NCBI GenBank assembly: GCA_027490055.1 | Contig: JAIXYV010000106.1 | Coordinates: 30,802 to 94,801, forward strand | DNA from: Bacteroidota bacterium | GTDB lineage: Bacteria; Bacteroidota; Bacteroidia; NS11-12g; UBA955 | Reading direction: 5' to 3' | Length of the DNA: 64,000 nucleotides | Shown here: one piece after another, positions 48,628 to 57,776 of the stretch | Numbering within the stretch: the first letter of the stretch is position 1 | How the letters are laid out: every line of letters begins with the position of its first letter | Translations under genes and position numbers: made by a program | Notes under the pieces: generated by a model | The model's input: only the letters and a program-made list of their open reading frames with translations | What the model was told of the DNA's origin: nothing | The model's database searches: none

Positions 48628-49335
48628 TTGTCAAACGAAATTAACACAGAGAACAAGAGTATTCCTGCGATAAAATGGGTATTGCCTTTTGTTGCGTTGT
48701 TTCTGGTCATTTTACTTGATCAGTGGTTGAAGTATTGGATTAAAAACACCATGATTCTTCACACTGAGAGGAAGATTTTCGGAGATTGGTTTATATTGCA
48801 TTTCACCGAAAACGAAGGCATGGCATTTGGCATGAAGTTTTTTGATGTCTATGGAAAATATGCCTTGACAATTCTTAGAATCGGGGTCTCTATTTTTGGT
48901 TTCTGGTATTTAATCACTCACATCCGTAAGCATGCCAACACATTCTTTTTAGTATGTGTAGCGTTAATTTTAGGAGGTGCAATTGGTAATATTATCGATT
49001 GTGTTTTCTACGGTGTCATTTATCATGACATGAACCAGTACAACGGGGGTTTCTTACTGGGTTGGGTAGTTGATATGTTGTATTTCCCAATAGTTGAAAC
49101 ACACTATCCAAGCTGGTCGCCAATAAAACCTGGACAGGAATTCGTTTTCTTCAGTCCGGTGTTTAACTTAGCAGACGCTGCAATCAGTATTGGTGTTGTG
49201 TCTATTATTATTTTTCAGAAGAGATTTTTCAGGCAGGGTGAAGAGGTTGAAGCAGCGACTGAGCCTGCAACTGTTGAACCAGCCAACGATACTAATAACA
49301 CAGAAAATTCTGAAAACAAAAATGAAAGCATTTAA
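48628..49335 (+). CDS. lspA: Lipoprotein signal peptidase II
   Basis: The 4-TM product has conserved LspA segments (GGAIGNIIDCVFYG, FNLADAAISIGV). It has a TTG start and a C-terminal low-complexity tail. Confidence 0.85.
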   Translation: MSNEINTENKSIPAIKWVLPFVALFLVILLDQWLKYWIKNTMILHTERKIFGDWFILHFTENEGMAFGMKFFDVYGKYALTILRIGVSIFGFWYLITHIRKHANTFFLVCVALILGGAIGNIIDCVFYGVIYHDMNQYNGGFLLGWVVDMLYFPIVETHYPSWSPIKPGQEFVFFSPVFNLADAAISIGVVSIIIFQKRFFRQGEEVEAATEPATVEPANDTNNTENSENKNESI

Positions 49336-50209
49336 AGTAGCACTGAGTAAATTTTTAGTTTTACTCAGTATGTTTTATACCGGGTCACAATTGACAGCCC
49401 AGGCAGACGGTATTTTATGGAAAGTAAGTGGCAACGGACTAAGCAAACCAAGTTATATTTTCGGAACCATTCATTTATATTGTAATCCAGAGAACTTATT
49501 AACTCAGCCTTTGGTTGATGCAGCAAAAGCTTCTGATGTGGTTGCCATGGAGCTTAATCTGAATGATTACAACACCTTAGTTGCTATTTATACATCGAGC
49601 ATGGCTCCGGTTAAAAAACCGTTAAGCGAGATGCTCACCAAAGCGCAGTATAAAACGGTAGATAGTGCAATTAGAGTGGTCTTAAAAGATTCTATATCTA
49701 CCTATAATGCTAAATCACCTATCGCCATGATGGGGTATTTATACGGCAGCAATGATGTAATGGGTTGTGCCCAGCCTATGCCAGTGGATTTTTCTATTGC
49801 TCAGTTAGCCAAACAATTAGGAAAAGAAACCTATGGGTTGGAAAGTTTCGAGTTTCAGGATAGTGTTTTGAAAGCCATTCCAGACAGTATACAGGTAAAA
49901 TGGTTAATGGATTTTTGTGGCAATATGGGTAAATCTAAAAAAGAGTTCGGAGATTTTATCAGTAGTTATGATGCACAATTGAGTAACAAATTGTACGAGC
50001 TATCTGTAACGGTATCACCAGAGTTTGAGCTATACAAAGAATTGCTATTGACTGATCGCAATAATTCATGGGTGAATTTCCTGAAAGAGAACATGACATC
50101 TTACGCTATTTTCACTGCCGTTGGTGCAGGTCATTTAGGTGGAGATGATGGATTAATTGCACAATTGAAAAAGGCCGGATATACTTTAACACCTATATCC
50201 ATCAAATAA
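49322..50209 (+). CDS. TraB/GumN-family protein (signal peptide, ~295 aa)
   Basis: The start is chosen at MKAFKVALSKFLVLL. The region ...LWKVSGNGLSKPSYIFGTIHLYC... and the C-terminal ...IFTAVGAGHLGGDDGLIAQLKKAGYTLTPI are typical of GumN/TraB. Confidence 0.7.
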   Translation: MKAFKVALSKFLVLLSMFYTGSQLTAQADGILWKVSGNGLSKPSYIFGTIHLYCNPENLLTQPLVDAAKASDVVAMELNLNDYNTLVAIYTSSMAPVKKPLSEMLTKAQYKTVDSAIRVVLKDSISTYNAKSPIAMMGYLYGSNDVMGCAQPMPVDFSIAQLAKQLGKETYGLESFEFQDSVLKAIPDSIQVKWLMDFCGNMGKSKKEFGDFISSYDAQLSNKLYELSVTVSPEFELYKELLLTDRNNSWVNFLKENMTSYAIFTAVGAGHLGGDDGLIAQLKKAGYTLTPISIK

Positions 50210-50219
50210 TATTTCGAAT

Positions 50220-50876
50220 ATGATGAAAGTTTTAAGATTTTATATTTTATACAGACTGTATGTAGCTGTAGCATTAGTAGTAGGCGGAGTTTTGTCGCAT
50301 GTTTATGGCGATCCTATTCTCGCATGGATATTATATATTCTGGCCTTCTTTTCCATTTTGCTGCACTTTCTAATTGGTCCGATGCGTCTGGTTAAAGATT
50401 CTGTTGAAAGTGGCAATGTTGAAGAGGCAGTAGAATTAATTAATAAAGTAAAATATCCTAAATTACTGGTTAAGCCAATTCGTTCGGCATATTACATGTT
50501 GCAGAGTACATTAAATCTGGCTACCAACGATTTAAGCAGTGCGGAGAACAATATCAGAAAGTCTTTAAGTACAACTTCATCATTAACTGGTGATATGCGT
50601 GGTACTAACCTTATGCAGCTCGGTTTTATTCAGCTTAGACAGGGTAAGACAAAAGAAGGCAGAGCTAATTTACTGGAAGCAGTAAAAGCAGGTATACCAG
50701 ACAAAGAAAGTTTAGCCAGTGTGTATTTACAATTGTGTTCTATCGAGATTCAAAGACAGCAGAACAGAGCAGGTAAAGCGTATTTCAAGAAAGCGAAGGA
50801 TTTAAATCCTAAGAACAAAGAGGTAGCTGATCAGATCAGAATGATGGAAAAAACCATTAGTCGTTTACCTGGATAA
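50220..50876 (+). CDS. TPR-repeat membrane protein (two N-terminal TM helices plus a TPR-like C-terminal region)
   Basis: The product has two hydrophobic helices and a helical repeat region (...MQLGFIQLRQGKTKEGRANLLEAVKAG...). Confidence 0.55.
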   Translation: MMKVLRFYILYRLYVAVALVVGGVLSHVYGDPILAWILYILAFFSILLHFLIGPMRLVKDSVESGNVEEAVELINKVKYPKLLVKPIRSAYYMLQSTLNLATNDLSSAENNIRKSLSTTSSLTGDMRGTNLMQLGFIQLRQGKTKEGRANLLEAVKAGIPDKESLASVYLQLCSIEIQRQQNRAGKAYFKKAKDLNPKNKEVADQIRMMEKTISRLPG

Positions 50877-50905
50877 AAAAAAGCAGTCCTTGCAGACTGC
50901 CTTTT
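50875..50905. terminator. Bidirectional terminator-like hairpin between the convergent TPR gene (+) and OMP gene (-)
   Basis: The arrangement is A8, then gcagtc-cttgca-gactgc, then cttttag. Confidence 0.45.
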
Positions 50906-50932
50906 AGATTGTTATTATAAAAATTCACTAAA

Positions 50933-51868
50933 TCAGATTCCGAACAGGCAGACACCGAAAGAGAAGAGGTGCTGACCTGGGTTTTGCCCCTGAGCATAGG
51001 CCGAATTGGCGAACATGTCAGTAAGGCTATATTTGGCATACAGAGCGATATTATCAAGACCAACACGCACAACAGCGTTCATTTGAGTATCATTGATTTT
51101 AATATCCGTATCATTTTTTTGCTTGAATTCGAGAGAGTTTCTATCGCCTTTGAGAACCACTTTACTTCGGCCGTTAAAACCAAATTCTACACCAGCAGCA
51201 AGGCTAAACTTATCGTTTTTACCATGGAATTCGAGCATAACAGGAACGGTTAAATAACGAACATCCAGGCGGTTTTTATCATAGTTATTGATACTGTCAT
51301 TATAAGCATTGAGGTGTCCATTGTTATCAATGTATTGTACCTGTTGTTTGTTCGAATATTTCAGGTAGTAGTTATTAATATGCAGGCCATAACTCAAAAG
51401 AACCTGATTGTTGTAGAGGTTCATATCCTGGCGTATGATACCGATATTGATGTTGGCGCTTTTTCGCAGCTCTGGTTTAAATGAAACACCACCGGCATTG
51501 TCATTCATAGTGCTTGCAAATCCGATATCAAAACTTGGTAAAAATGACGTTTCGATGAAGTGAGATCTTTCTTCTTTATTATTGGATTTAACATGAAAGA
51601 CTTTCTTACCGCTGGAGTCCTCTTTACTGATAGTGGTGTTATCAGACAATCTGATATCATCTGTATAACTCACTTTCACTACAATTTTCTTCTTGTTAAG
51701 AGAGTCTTTGAATTTAACTGTGGTAGTGCTTTCGTCGCCAAGAGGCATAACGGCAACTGTCTTGTTTTTGTAGGTGATTTTAACGCTGTCTGAACTTGAT
51801 TGTGCTTTAGCTAGCAGGCCTGAGCAAGCGATCAGTAAGGTGGTGATTATGAATTGAATTGTTTTCAT
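50933..51868 (-). CDS. Outer-membrane beta-barrel protein (311 aa), downstream partner of the ECF sigma/anti-sigma pair
   Basis: The product has a signal peptide, alternating beta-strand patterning and a C-terminal aromatic ...HLFSFGVCLFGI. Confidence 0.55.
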   Translation of the reverse strand: MKTIQFIITTLLIACSGLLAKAQSSSDSVKITYKNKTVAVMPLGDESTTTVKFKDSLNKKKIVVKVSYTDDIRLSDNTTISKEDSSGKKVFHVKSNNKEERSHFIETSFLPSFDIGFASTMNDNAGGVSFKPELRKSANINIGIIRQDMNLYNNQVLLSYGLHINNYYLKYSNKQQVQYIDNNGHLNAYNDSINNYDKNRLDVRYLTVPVMLEFHGKNDKFSLAAGVEFGFNGRSKVVLKGDRNSLEFKQKNDTDIKINDTQMNAVVRVGLDNIALYAKYSLTDMFANSAYAQGQNPGQHLFSFGVCLFGI

Positions 51869-51886
51869 GATGATTAATAGGTGGTA

Positions 51887-52675
51887 TTAAAATCCTGCGA
51901 TGATTTGATATTTTCTGTTTTCAATGATGATTTTTTTGGAGGTTCTGGTGGTAGAATCGTTTTCGATTTTAATGCGTGAGCCACCAGTAATTCTGGAAAA
52001 GAGAGAGGTTTTTTCTGCCTGAATAGAGGTTTTGGTATTTGGTTCATTTTCGATACTTACCAGGATGGTTTCAGAGATCGGAGCAATTGGTTTAATTTCT
52101 GGCGATGACTTTTCTGGCAGGGTTTGATTAACCAATTTCTGATTGATTGGTGGATCAATGACTATTGGATCGATCTCTTGAGGAAGATGTGTTTCTGGTG
52201 AAACTTGTTCAGGTATTTCGAGGTTTTTGTGGGCAATAAATCGCACTTTTTCTTTGAGTGGCACAACGGTGTCTTCTGGTGATTTAAATGGGGTATTGAC
52301 TGAATTAGGTTGTAGCGCAGGTGTTTGAATGACAGGTTTTTTGCCAACAGGTTTGGTATCTGCAAATGATTTGTCTGAGCCAGATTGATTGAGCAGTATA
52401 GCGGTACCAATACTTAGAACCAGGGCAGCAGCAGCAGCATATCTAAAATGGATGGGAATGATACGGGCCGTTTTCTTTTTAAGAGGAGCCAGGTTCAAAG
52501 GCGCTTCATCCTGATCTGGAGTCAGAACTGTTTTTTGCCAGGCCATCCATAATTTACTATACGCTTCATCGGCATGAATTGCTTCGAGTAATCGTTCTCT
52601 TTCCGTTCCGGTGATTTCACCTTCGAGGAGCTGAAACAGAATTTCATCAATATTGTTGTCGTTGATCGGTTTCAT
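51887..52675 (-). CDS. Anti-sigma factor (single TM helix, Pro-rich periplasmic tail)
   Basis: The gene overlaps the sigma gene by 4 nt. An N-terminal cytoplasmic helix region is followed by the TM helix AAAALVLSIGTAILL and a P/E/I-rich C-terminus. Confidence 0.6.
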   Translation of the reverse strand: MKPINDNNIDEILFQLLEGEITGTERERLLEAIHADEAYSKLWMAWQKTVLTPDQDEAPLNLAPLKKKTARIIPIHFRYAAAAALVLSIGTAILLNQSGSDKSFADTKPVGKKPVIQTPALQPNSVNTPFKSPEDTVVPLKEKVRFIAHKNLEIPEQVSPETHLPQEIDPIVIDPPINQKLVNQTLPEKSSPEIKPIAPISETILVSIENEPNTKTSIQAEKTSLFSRITGGSRIKIENDSTTRTSKKIIIENRKYQIIAGF

Positions 52676-53154
52676 ATAATATTTTCTATACTAACGAGGT
52701 AATTTTTTAAGGTTTGTCTTGCTCTGAAGATGTATACTTTCACTTGCGATTCATTGAGTCCGGTAATATTGCCTATTTCAGCATAATCGTAGCCTTCGTA
52801 ATCGCGGAGCATAATAACAGAGCGTTGAATTTCTGGTAGCTTCTGAATGGCCGAATTCAGGATACTTTTAAGATCCGGCTGAGCGGCTTCTTTTCCTTTT
52901 TCGCGGTATGATTCAGGCATTTCTACCATTTTCTTTTCTCTGCGTATTCCATCAATCATTTTTCTGTAAGCGGTGGTAAAGAGCCATGACTTGCATTTTT
53001 CGAATTCCACCTTTTTCAGATTGAGCCAGAGGCTTTCAAAAGTGTCTTGCACAATGTTTTCTGCATCTTCTCTAACGTTCAGATTTTTTTTTATAAACCT
53101 GAACAGGGCAGAAGCATGCAAATCAACGGATGTGTTGTACTCTTTTTCTGTCAT
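52672..53154 (-). CDS. ECF (sigma-70 family group IV) RNA polymerase sigma factor
   Basis: Region 2 (DAENIVQDTFESLWLNL) and region 4 helix-turn-helix (VIMLRDYEGYDYAEIGNITGLNESQVKVYIFRARQTLK) are recognisable. Confidence 0.85.
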   Translation of the reverse strand: MTEKEYNTSVDLHASALFRFIKKNLNVREDAENIVQDTFESLWLNLKKVEFEKCKSWLFTTAYRKMIDGIRREKKMVEMPESYREKGKEAAQPDLKSILNSAIQKLPEIQRSVIMLRDYEGYDYAEIGNITGLNESQVKVYIFRARQTLKNYLVSIENII

Positions 53155-53208
53155 CTGTTATGTTTGAAACGAAGAATACAAAGATATAGTTACAGGGTAT
53201 GCAAAAAA

Positions 53209-53862
53209 TTATTTAAAGCCCCATAGCAGAACGGCTTTCTTATTGTTTTGCAGGATACTATCAATCTTTGTCATCCCTGAATTAGAGAAGGCAGGACAGC
53301 CCCAACCTTCGGGGGTGCCATTGGGATAAACTTCGTGGTCTGTTACATCGCCCCAGCCATGCATGACGATGGTCCGCTTAAGCGCATTAGAATTTGATGA
53401 CTCCAGTCCGTGCAGTATATATTTCACATTAATACCCCATGAGCTGTAGCCTCTGGCGCCAATTTTAAATTTTCCTAAAGAGCTACGGTGACTTTCGAAA
53501 TCGTTGCTGAATTCCGGGTTGTTTTTACTGTAGTCCCAACCCCAGGGCATGTCGCCGCAACCATGACTTACAAGCAGGCTATCGGTGATAGAGTCTTTTT
53601 GAAGATCAACCAAAAAGGCCCGCTTTTTTCCGGAGTGAATACTGTAATCAATAAAAATAGCAAAGCAGGTATCCATTTTGTTTTTCCGGCAATAGCGCAA
53701 GGCTTCAGAGATTTTTGAAGCATAGGATTTGACGGGTATGCTATCTGTTTTGTCCGTTAAGAAAGCAATCTTTGAAAGTGGTCCGTGAGAGGACGCGAAT
53801 CTGAAAGACCCTAAAAATATTAAGGTGCATAGTATTAGAAGGACTAAAATCAGTCGGTACAT
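53209..53862 (-). CDS. Murein L,D-transpeptidase catalytic-domain family protein (YkuD-like), secreted
   Basis: The product has a signal peptide and a SHGCGDM motif matching the YkuD catalytic (S/T)HGC signature. This assignment is an inference. Confidence 0.5.
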   Translation of the reverse strand: MYRLILVLLILCTLIFLGSFRFASSHGPLSKIAFLTDKTDSIPVKSYASKISEALRYCRKNKMDTCFAIFIDYSIHSGKKRAFLVDLQKDSITDSLLVSHGCGDMPWGWDYSKNNPEFSNDFESHRSSLGKFKIGARGYSSWGINVKYILHGLESSNSNALKRTIVMHGWGDVTDHEVYPNGTPEGWGCPAFSNSGMTKIDSILQNNKKAVLLWGFK

Positions 53863-54009
53863 TTTTTAGACATGAACTTAAATATTGCTCATTTATTGTC
53901 ATACATCTGTCAATTTCGATAGAAATCCTACAGATATGCGCCATTCATCTAATAAGTCAGCAAAGAATTGATTTTAAATCTATCATTGTTAAAACAATTA
54001 AATACTAAT

Positions 54010-54387
54010 ATGACACTTTCTACTACCATTCTAAGAACCGGAACAGGTTTGTTACTGATGTTTGTATTGATTTTCAGCGCCTGTTCAAAAGAAGAAACCA
54101 CTACCACAACTCCAGCAGTTGTAACCAAATCACTTAACAAGGGAACACTCACGCCAAAGAAATGGTATAGTGAGGGCAGTTCTGTCATTCACGATTTTAA
54201 AGCCAATGGTGCATACAATGTATCAGGCTCATGGGCCTGGGTAAAGACCAGCGACACCATGCAGATTGTGACGCAATCAGGTTTTCCGGCAGTTTACTGG
54301 AAAATTTACTGGAACACAGAAACAGAAATGAGTGCAGAGCGCGTCGATCAGAAAGTGAAAATGTTGTTCAAGGACAAGGCCTGGTAA
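54010..54387 (+). CDS. Small lipoprotein paralog 1 (~125 aa; start at MTLSTTIL, lipobox IFSAC)
   Basis: It shares the pattern W(Y)..G(G)S.IH.FK.NG.Y..SG.WAW......M.I.T..G....YWKIYWNT.TEMS..RV with the next gene. Confidence 0.5.
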   Translation: MTLSTTILRTGTGLLLMFVLIFSACSKEETTTTTPAVVTKSLNKGTLTPKKWYSEGSSVIHDFKANGAYNVSGSWAWVKTSDTMQIVTQSGFPAVYWKIYWNTETEMSAERVDQKVKMLFKDKAW

Positions 54388-54503
54388 GATTTTCATCTTG
54401 TCTGTGCAAAAAGCAGACAGTGATGTGGAAATTATTCTACTAAATATTTGAATAGTCAAAATGTAACCTATACTTTTGACGATTAACAATATATAATTTC
54501 CAT

Positions 54504-54857
54504 ATGAGTAAAATTTTTTCCATTTCAATGCTTGCATTGGCATTAGTAAGCACATTTACTGCTTGTAAAAAAGACGATGATTCATCATCAGCAAAAACCC
54601 TTAACAAAACAACCTTAACCAACAATACCACCTGGTACAACCAAGGCGGTTCTATTATTCACATTTTCAAATCCAATGGTGTGTATTCTAACTCAGGCAC
54701 CTGGGCTTGGAAGAACGGATCGGACACTATGGAGATTGCTACAGTTGCAGGAGGTGCAAAAACCTACTGGAAAATTTACTGGAATACCTCTACGGAGATG
54801 AGCTGCCAGAGAGTTAATACCAGCTCTGCAGAGCTATATAAAAGTCAGCTTTGGTAA
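54504..54857 (+). CDS. Small lipoprotein paralog 2 (117 aa, lipobox TFTAC)
   Basis: It is a tandem paralog of 54010..54387, about 45% identical over the mature region by eye. Confidence 0.5.
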   Translation: MSKIFSISMLALALVSTFTACKKDDDSSSAKTLNKTTLTNNTTWYNQGGSIIHIFKSNGVYSNSGTWAWKNGSDTMEIATVAGGAKTYWKIYWNTSTEMSCQRVNTSSAELYKSQLW

Positions 54858-54872
54858 GACATTTCAATTGAT

Positions 54873-54908
54873 AAAAAAAGCCGGAGCGTTTGTTCCGGCT
54901 TTTTTTAT
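54873..54908 (+). terminator. Rho-independent terminator after the lipoprotein pair
   Basis: The arrangement is aaaaaaa, then gccgga-gcgtttgt-tccggc, then ttttttt. Confidence 0.75.
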
Positions 54909-54975
54909 TCCATCAAAGTGGAAAGTATGTCGAATCAGTTCAAAATATGTGCATTGGTTTAGCTTTAAAAAAGTA

Positions 54976-54983
54976 TAATTTTG
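54976..54983 (+). promoter_or_regulatory. -7 box TAATTTTG, 4 nt upstream of the thyA ATG
   Basis: The sequence matches TAnnTTTG. Confidence 0.45.
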
Positions 54984-54987
54984 AAGC

Positions 54988-55785
54988 ATGTCAAATCAGT
55001 ATGAAATATTTCTGGAACATGTGTACCGCAATGGTCTGATGAAGAGCGACAGAACAGGTACCGGCACTAAGAGTGTTTTCGGTTATCAGATGCGATTTGA
55101 TTTGAACGAAGGATTTCCGTTAGTAACTACTAAAAAGGTCCATTTAAAGTCGATTATTCACGAACTATTATGGTTTTTGAAGGGTGAGACCAATATTGCC
55201 TATTTAAAAGAAAATGGCGTAAGCATCTGGGACGAGTGGGCTGATGCAGACGGTAATCTTGGTCCGGTTTACGGCAAACAGTGGCGCTCCTGGTCGGGAC
55301 CAGACGGCAAGGTCATAGACCAGATTACAGAAGTTGTTGAAACTCTAAAAAAGAATCCGGATAGCAGACGCATGATAGTTTCTGCCTGGAATCCATCAGA
55401 CTTACCACATATGGCATTGGCTCCTTGTCATTGTTTATTTCAGTTTTATGTCGCTGATGGTAAACTATCTTGCCAGTTATACCAGCGCAGTGCCGATATT
55501 TTCCTGGGAGTTCCTTTTAACATTGCCTCATACGCCTTACTAACGATGATGCTGGCCCAGGTTTGCGGATTAGGCTATGGTGATTTTGTTCATACCTTTG
55601 GCGATGCTCATATTTACACCAACCATTTCGAGCAGGTAGAACTACAATTAAGCAGAGAGGTAAGAACCTACCCTAAGATGCTTATTAATCCTGATATTAA
55701 GTCTGTGTTTGATTTCAAATATGAAGATTTCAAACTAGAAGCATACGATCCACATCCTGCCATTAAAGCACCAGTTGCAGTTTAA
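54988..55785 (+). CDS. thyA: Thymidylate synthase (ThyA type)
   Basis: Canonical ThyA segments are present (RTGTGT, the catalytic Cys in [14 protein letters not shown], and ...DAHIYTNH...). Confidence 0.95.
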   Translation: MSNQYEIFLEHVYRNGLMKSDRTGTGTKSVFGYQMRFDLNEGFPLVTTKKVHLKSIIHELLWFLKGETNIAYLKENGVSIWDEWADADGNLGPVYGKQWRSWSGPDGKVIDQITEVVETLKKNPDSRRMIVSAWNPSDLPHMALAPCHCLFQFYVADGKLSCQLYQRSADIFLGVPFNIASYALLTMMLAQVCGLGYGDFVHTFGDAHIYTNHFEQVELQLSREVRTYPKMLINPDIKSVFDFKYEDFKLEAYDPHPAIKAPVAV

Positions 55786-55796
55786 CCCTCACGACA

Positions 55797-56675
55797 TTGA
55801 ATCCAGAAAAAAAATACAAAAAAAGAACCTCCTTTTGGCCGACTATCATTAGCATGTCGCTGGTTTTATTTATAGTTGGTTTACTAGGTGTTATTTCTAT
55901 TTATGCCAAACACATGGCAGAGTTTTATCAAGGTAATTTTGAAGTCTTTGTATACTACACCGACACTACAGGAACAGAGGGTGCAAAGAAGACCGAGCAA
56001 TTGATAAAAACCAGAAACTATGTTAACAGCACCGTATTTATCGATCGTGAAATAGCAGCCAGAAAAGAGATTGCAAAAACAGGCAATGACTTCATCAAGA
56101 CACTGGGTTACAATCCAATTCCACATACTTTACAAATCAATATTAAGCCTGAATTTGCAGAAGAGGGGAAGCTCGATTTAATTGAAAGCCAGTTACGCCT
56201 GCTTCCCAATGTTGACGATGTTAACTATGCCAAAGACGATCTTGGCAAAAATATCCTGGCTCAAATCAATCAGAACTTTAGAACTGTAGAAATAATATTA
56301 CTGACAATAGCCGGAATTTTACTGATGATAAGTTTGGCACTCATTAACAGCACTGTTCGTATCAACATGTTTGCCCGTCGTTTTCTAATTAAGAGCATGC
56401 AGTATGTAGGGGCCTCTGACTGGTTTATTATCCGTCCATTTTTAGGCATGTATATCGTGTATGCTTGCATATCAGTGCTTATATCATTGGGGATGTTGTT
56501 TGGCATCATTTATCTGGCAGAAACACATCTTAATCAAAATAACTGGCAATTATTTTTACCGAAGTATTTACTATTAGCAGGATTTTTATTAGTTTTGGCG
56601 GTAGTAATATCTGTGGTGAGTGTTTATTTCTCTACCAGAAGGTATTTAAAATTAAAAATAGATCAACTTTACTAA
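55797..56675 (+). CDS. ftsX: Cell division protein FtsX-like permease (292 aa)
   Basis: An N-terminal TM helix and a periplasmic domain are followed by a C-terminal 3-TM bundle (FtsX fold), with the typical size and arrangement for a Bacteroidetes ftsX. Confidence 0.7.
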   Translation: MNPEKKYKKRTSFWPTIISMSLVLFIVGLLGVISIYAKHMAEFYQGNFEVFVYYTDTTGTEGAKKTEQLIKTRNYVNSTVFIDREIAARKEIAKTGNDFIKTLGYNPIPHTLQINIKPEFAEEGKLDLIESQLRLLPNVDDVNYAKDDLGKNILAQINQNFRTVEIILLTIAGILLMISLALINSTVRINMFARRFLIKSMQYVGASDWFIIRPFLGMYIVYACISVLISLGMLFGIIYLAETHLNQNNWQLFLPKYLLLAGFLLVLAVVISVVSVYFSTRRYLKLKIDQLY

Positions 56676-56685
56676 ATCAAATTGT

Positions 56686-56964
56686 ATGGCAGCGCCTCAA
56701 AAAAATAAAGTATCAAAAACCGCAGAGAAGAAAGTGGTTAATCAGTTCATGGTTTTCAAGAAACAGAACTATATGTTATTGTTAGCTAGCTTAGCGGTTA
56801 TCGTTATTGGTTTTATCGTGATGGGCAGTGGTAAAGACAAACCATTTGATGATCCTACAAAAATTACTGTAGCGCCAATTATCGTCATATTAGGTTTTGC
56901 TTTAGGGGTATTTTCTATCCTATTCACACCTAAATCTAACGACAATCAGGAAGCAGGCAAGTGA
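56686..56964 (+). CDS. Small 2-TM membrane protein (DUF3098-like), 92 aa
   Basis: Two hydrophobic helices are visible. The gene overlaps the uppP start. Confidence 0.45.
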   Translation: MAAPQKNKVSKTAEKKVVNQFMVFKKQNYMLLLASLAVIVIGFIVMGSGKDKPFDDPTKITVAPIIVILGFALGVFSILFTPKSNDNQEAGK

Positions 56965-57776
56965 GTCTTTTTGAAGCCATCATCGTTGCCATTATAGAAG
57001 GTCTAACCGAGTATCTTCCGGTATCTTCTACGGCTCATATGATTTTTACAAGCACATTATTCGGCAACGAAAAAGATGAGTTTGTAAAAATGTTTCAGGT
57101 ATCCATTCAATTTGGTGCCATTCTGGCTGTGGTTGTTGCCTATTGGCGTAAATTCTTCGACTTTTCCAATTTCCAGTTTTATTTAAAATTAGCTTTAGCA
57201 GTTATTCCAGCTTTGGTGCTTGGTTATCTGTTTGATGATGCTATAGAAGCCGTGCTCGAAAAACCAGTTCCTATTGCTATCGTAATGGTATGTGGCGGTG
57301 TTATTTTGCTATTAATTGACCGTTGGTTCAAAACACCAGTTATTAATGACGAGAAACAGATTCCAGTTAAATCTGCTGTTACAATTGGTTTTTGGCAGTG
57401 TCTTGCTATGATGCCAGGCGTTAGCAGATCGGCGGCCTCTATCATTGGAGGTATGCAACAAAAGTTGAGCAGAACCACTGCAGCAGAATTTTCTTTCTTT
57501 CTGGCCGTACCTACCATGTTAGCCGTTACTGCCTATTCGGTGTTTTTAAAAGACTGGAATTACAATGGCACTGAAATGAAAGGCATTGGTATGATTTTGA
57601 TTAATAACGACAATCTTAAGGTGTTTGTTATAGGTAATCTTGTAGCCTTTATTGTCGCATTATTAGCCATTAAAACCTTTGTCAGTTTTTTGAATAAATA
57701 CGGCTTTAAGCCATTCGCCTGGTACCGAATTCTTGTAGGTATCGTTTTACTGATTGTTTTTTACACTCAGAATTAA
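56961..57776 (+). CDS. uppP: Undecaprenyl-diphosphatase (BacA/UppP)
   Basis: Conserved segments are MSLFEAIIVAIIEGLTEYLPVSSTAHM and ...PGVSRSAASIIGG... Confidence 0.9.
   Translation: MSLFEAIIVAIIEGLTEYLPVSSTAHMIFTSTLFGNEKDEFVKMFQVSIQFGAILAVVVAYWRKFFDFSNFQFYLKLALAVIPALVLGYLFDDAIEAVLEKPVPIAIVMVCGGVILLLIDRWFKTPVINDEKQIPVKSAVTIGFWQCLAMMPGVSRSAASIIGGMQQKLSRTTAAEFSFFLAVPTMLAVTAYSVFLKDWNYNGTEMKGIGMILINNDNLKVFVIGNLVAFIVALLAIKTFVSFLNKYGFKPFAWYRILVGIVLLIVFYTQN

Noticed and set aside
49190-49321. The 5' extension of the TraB/GumN ORF overlapping lspA (MVLCLLLFFRRDFSGRVKRL...)
   Set aside because: It is out of frame with lspA and has no signal-peptide logic. The real start is the Met preceding the signal peptide (MKAFKVALSKFLVLL) at 49322.
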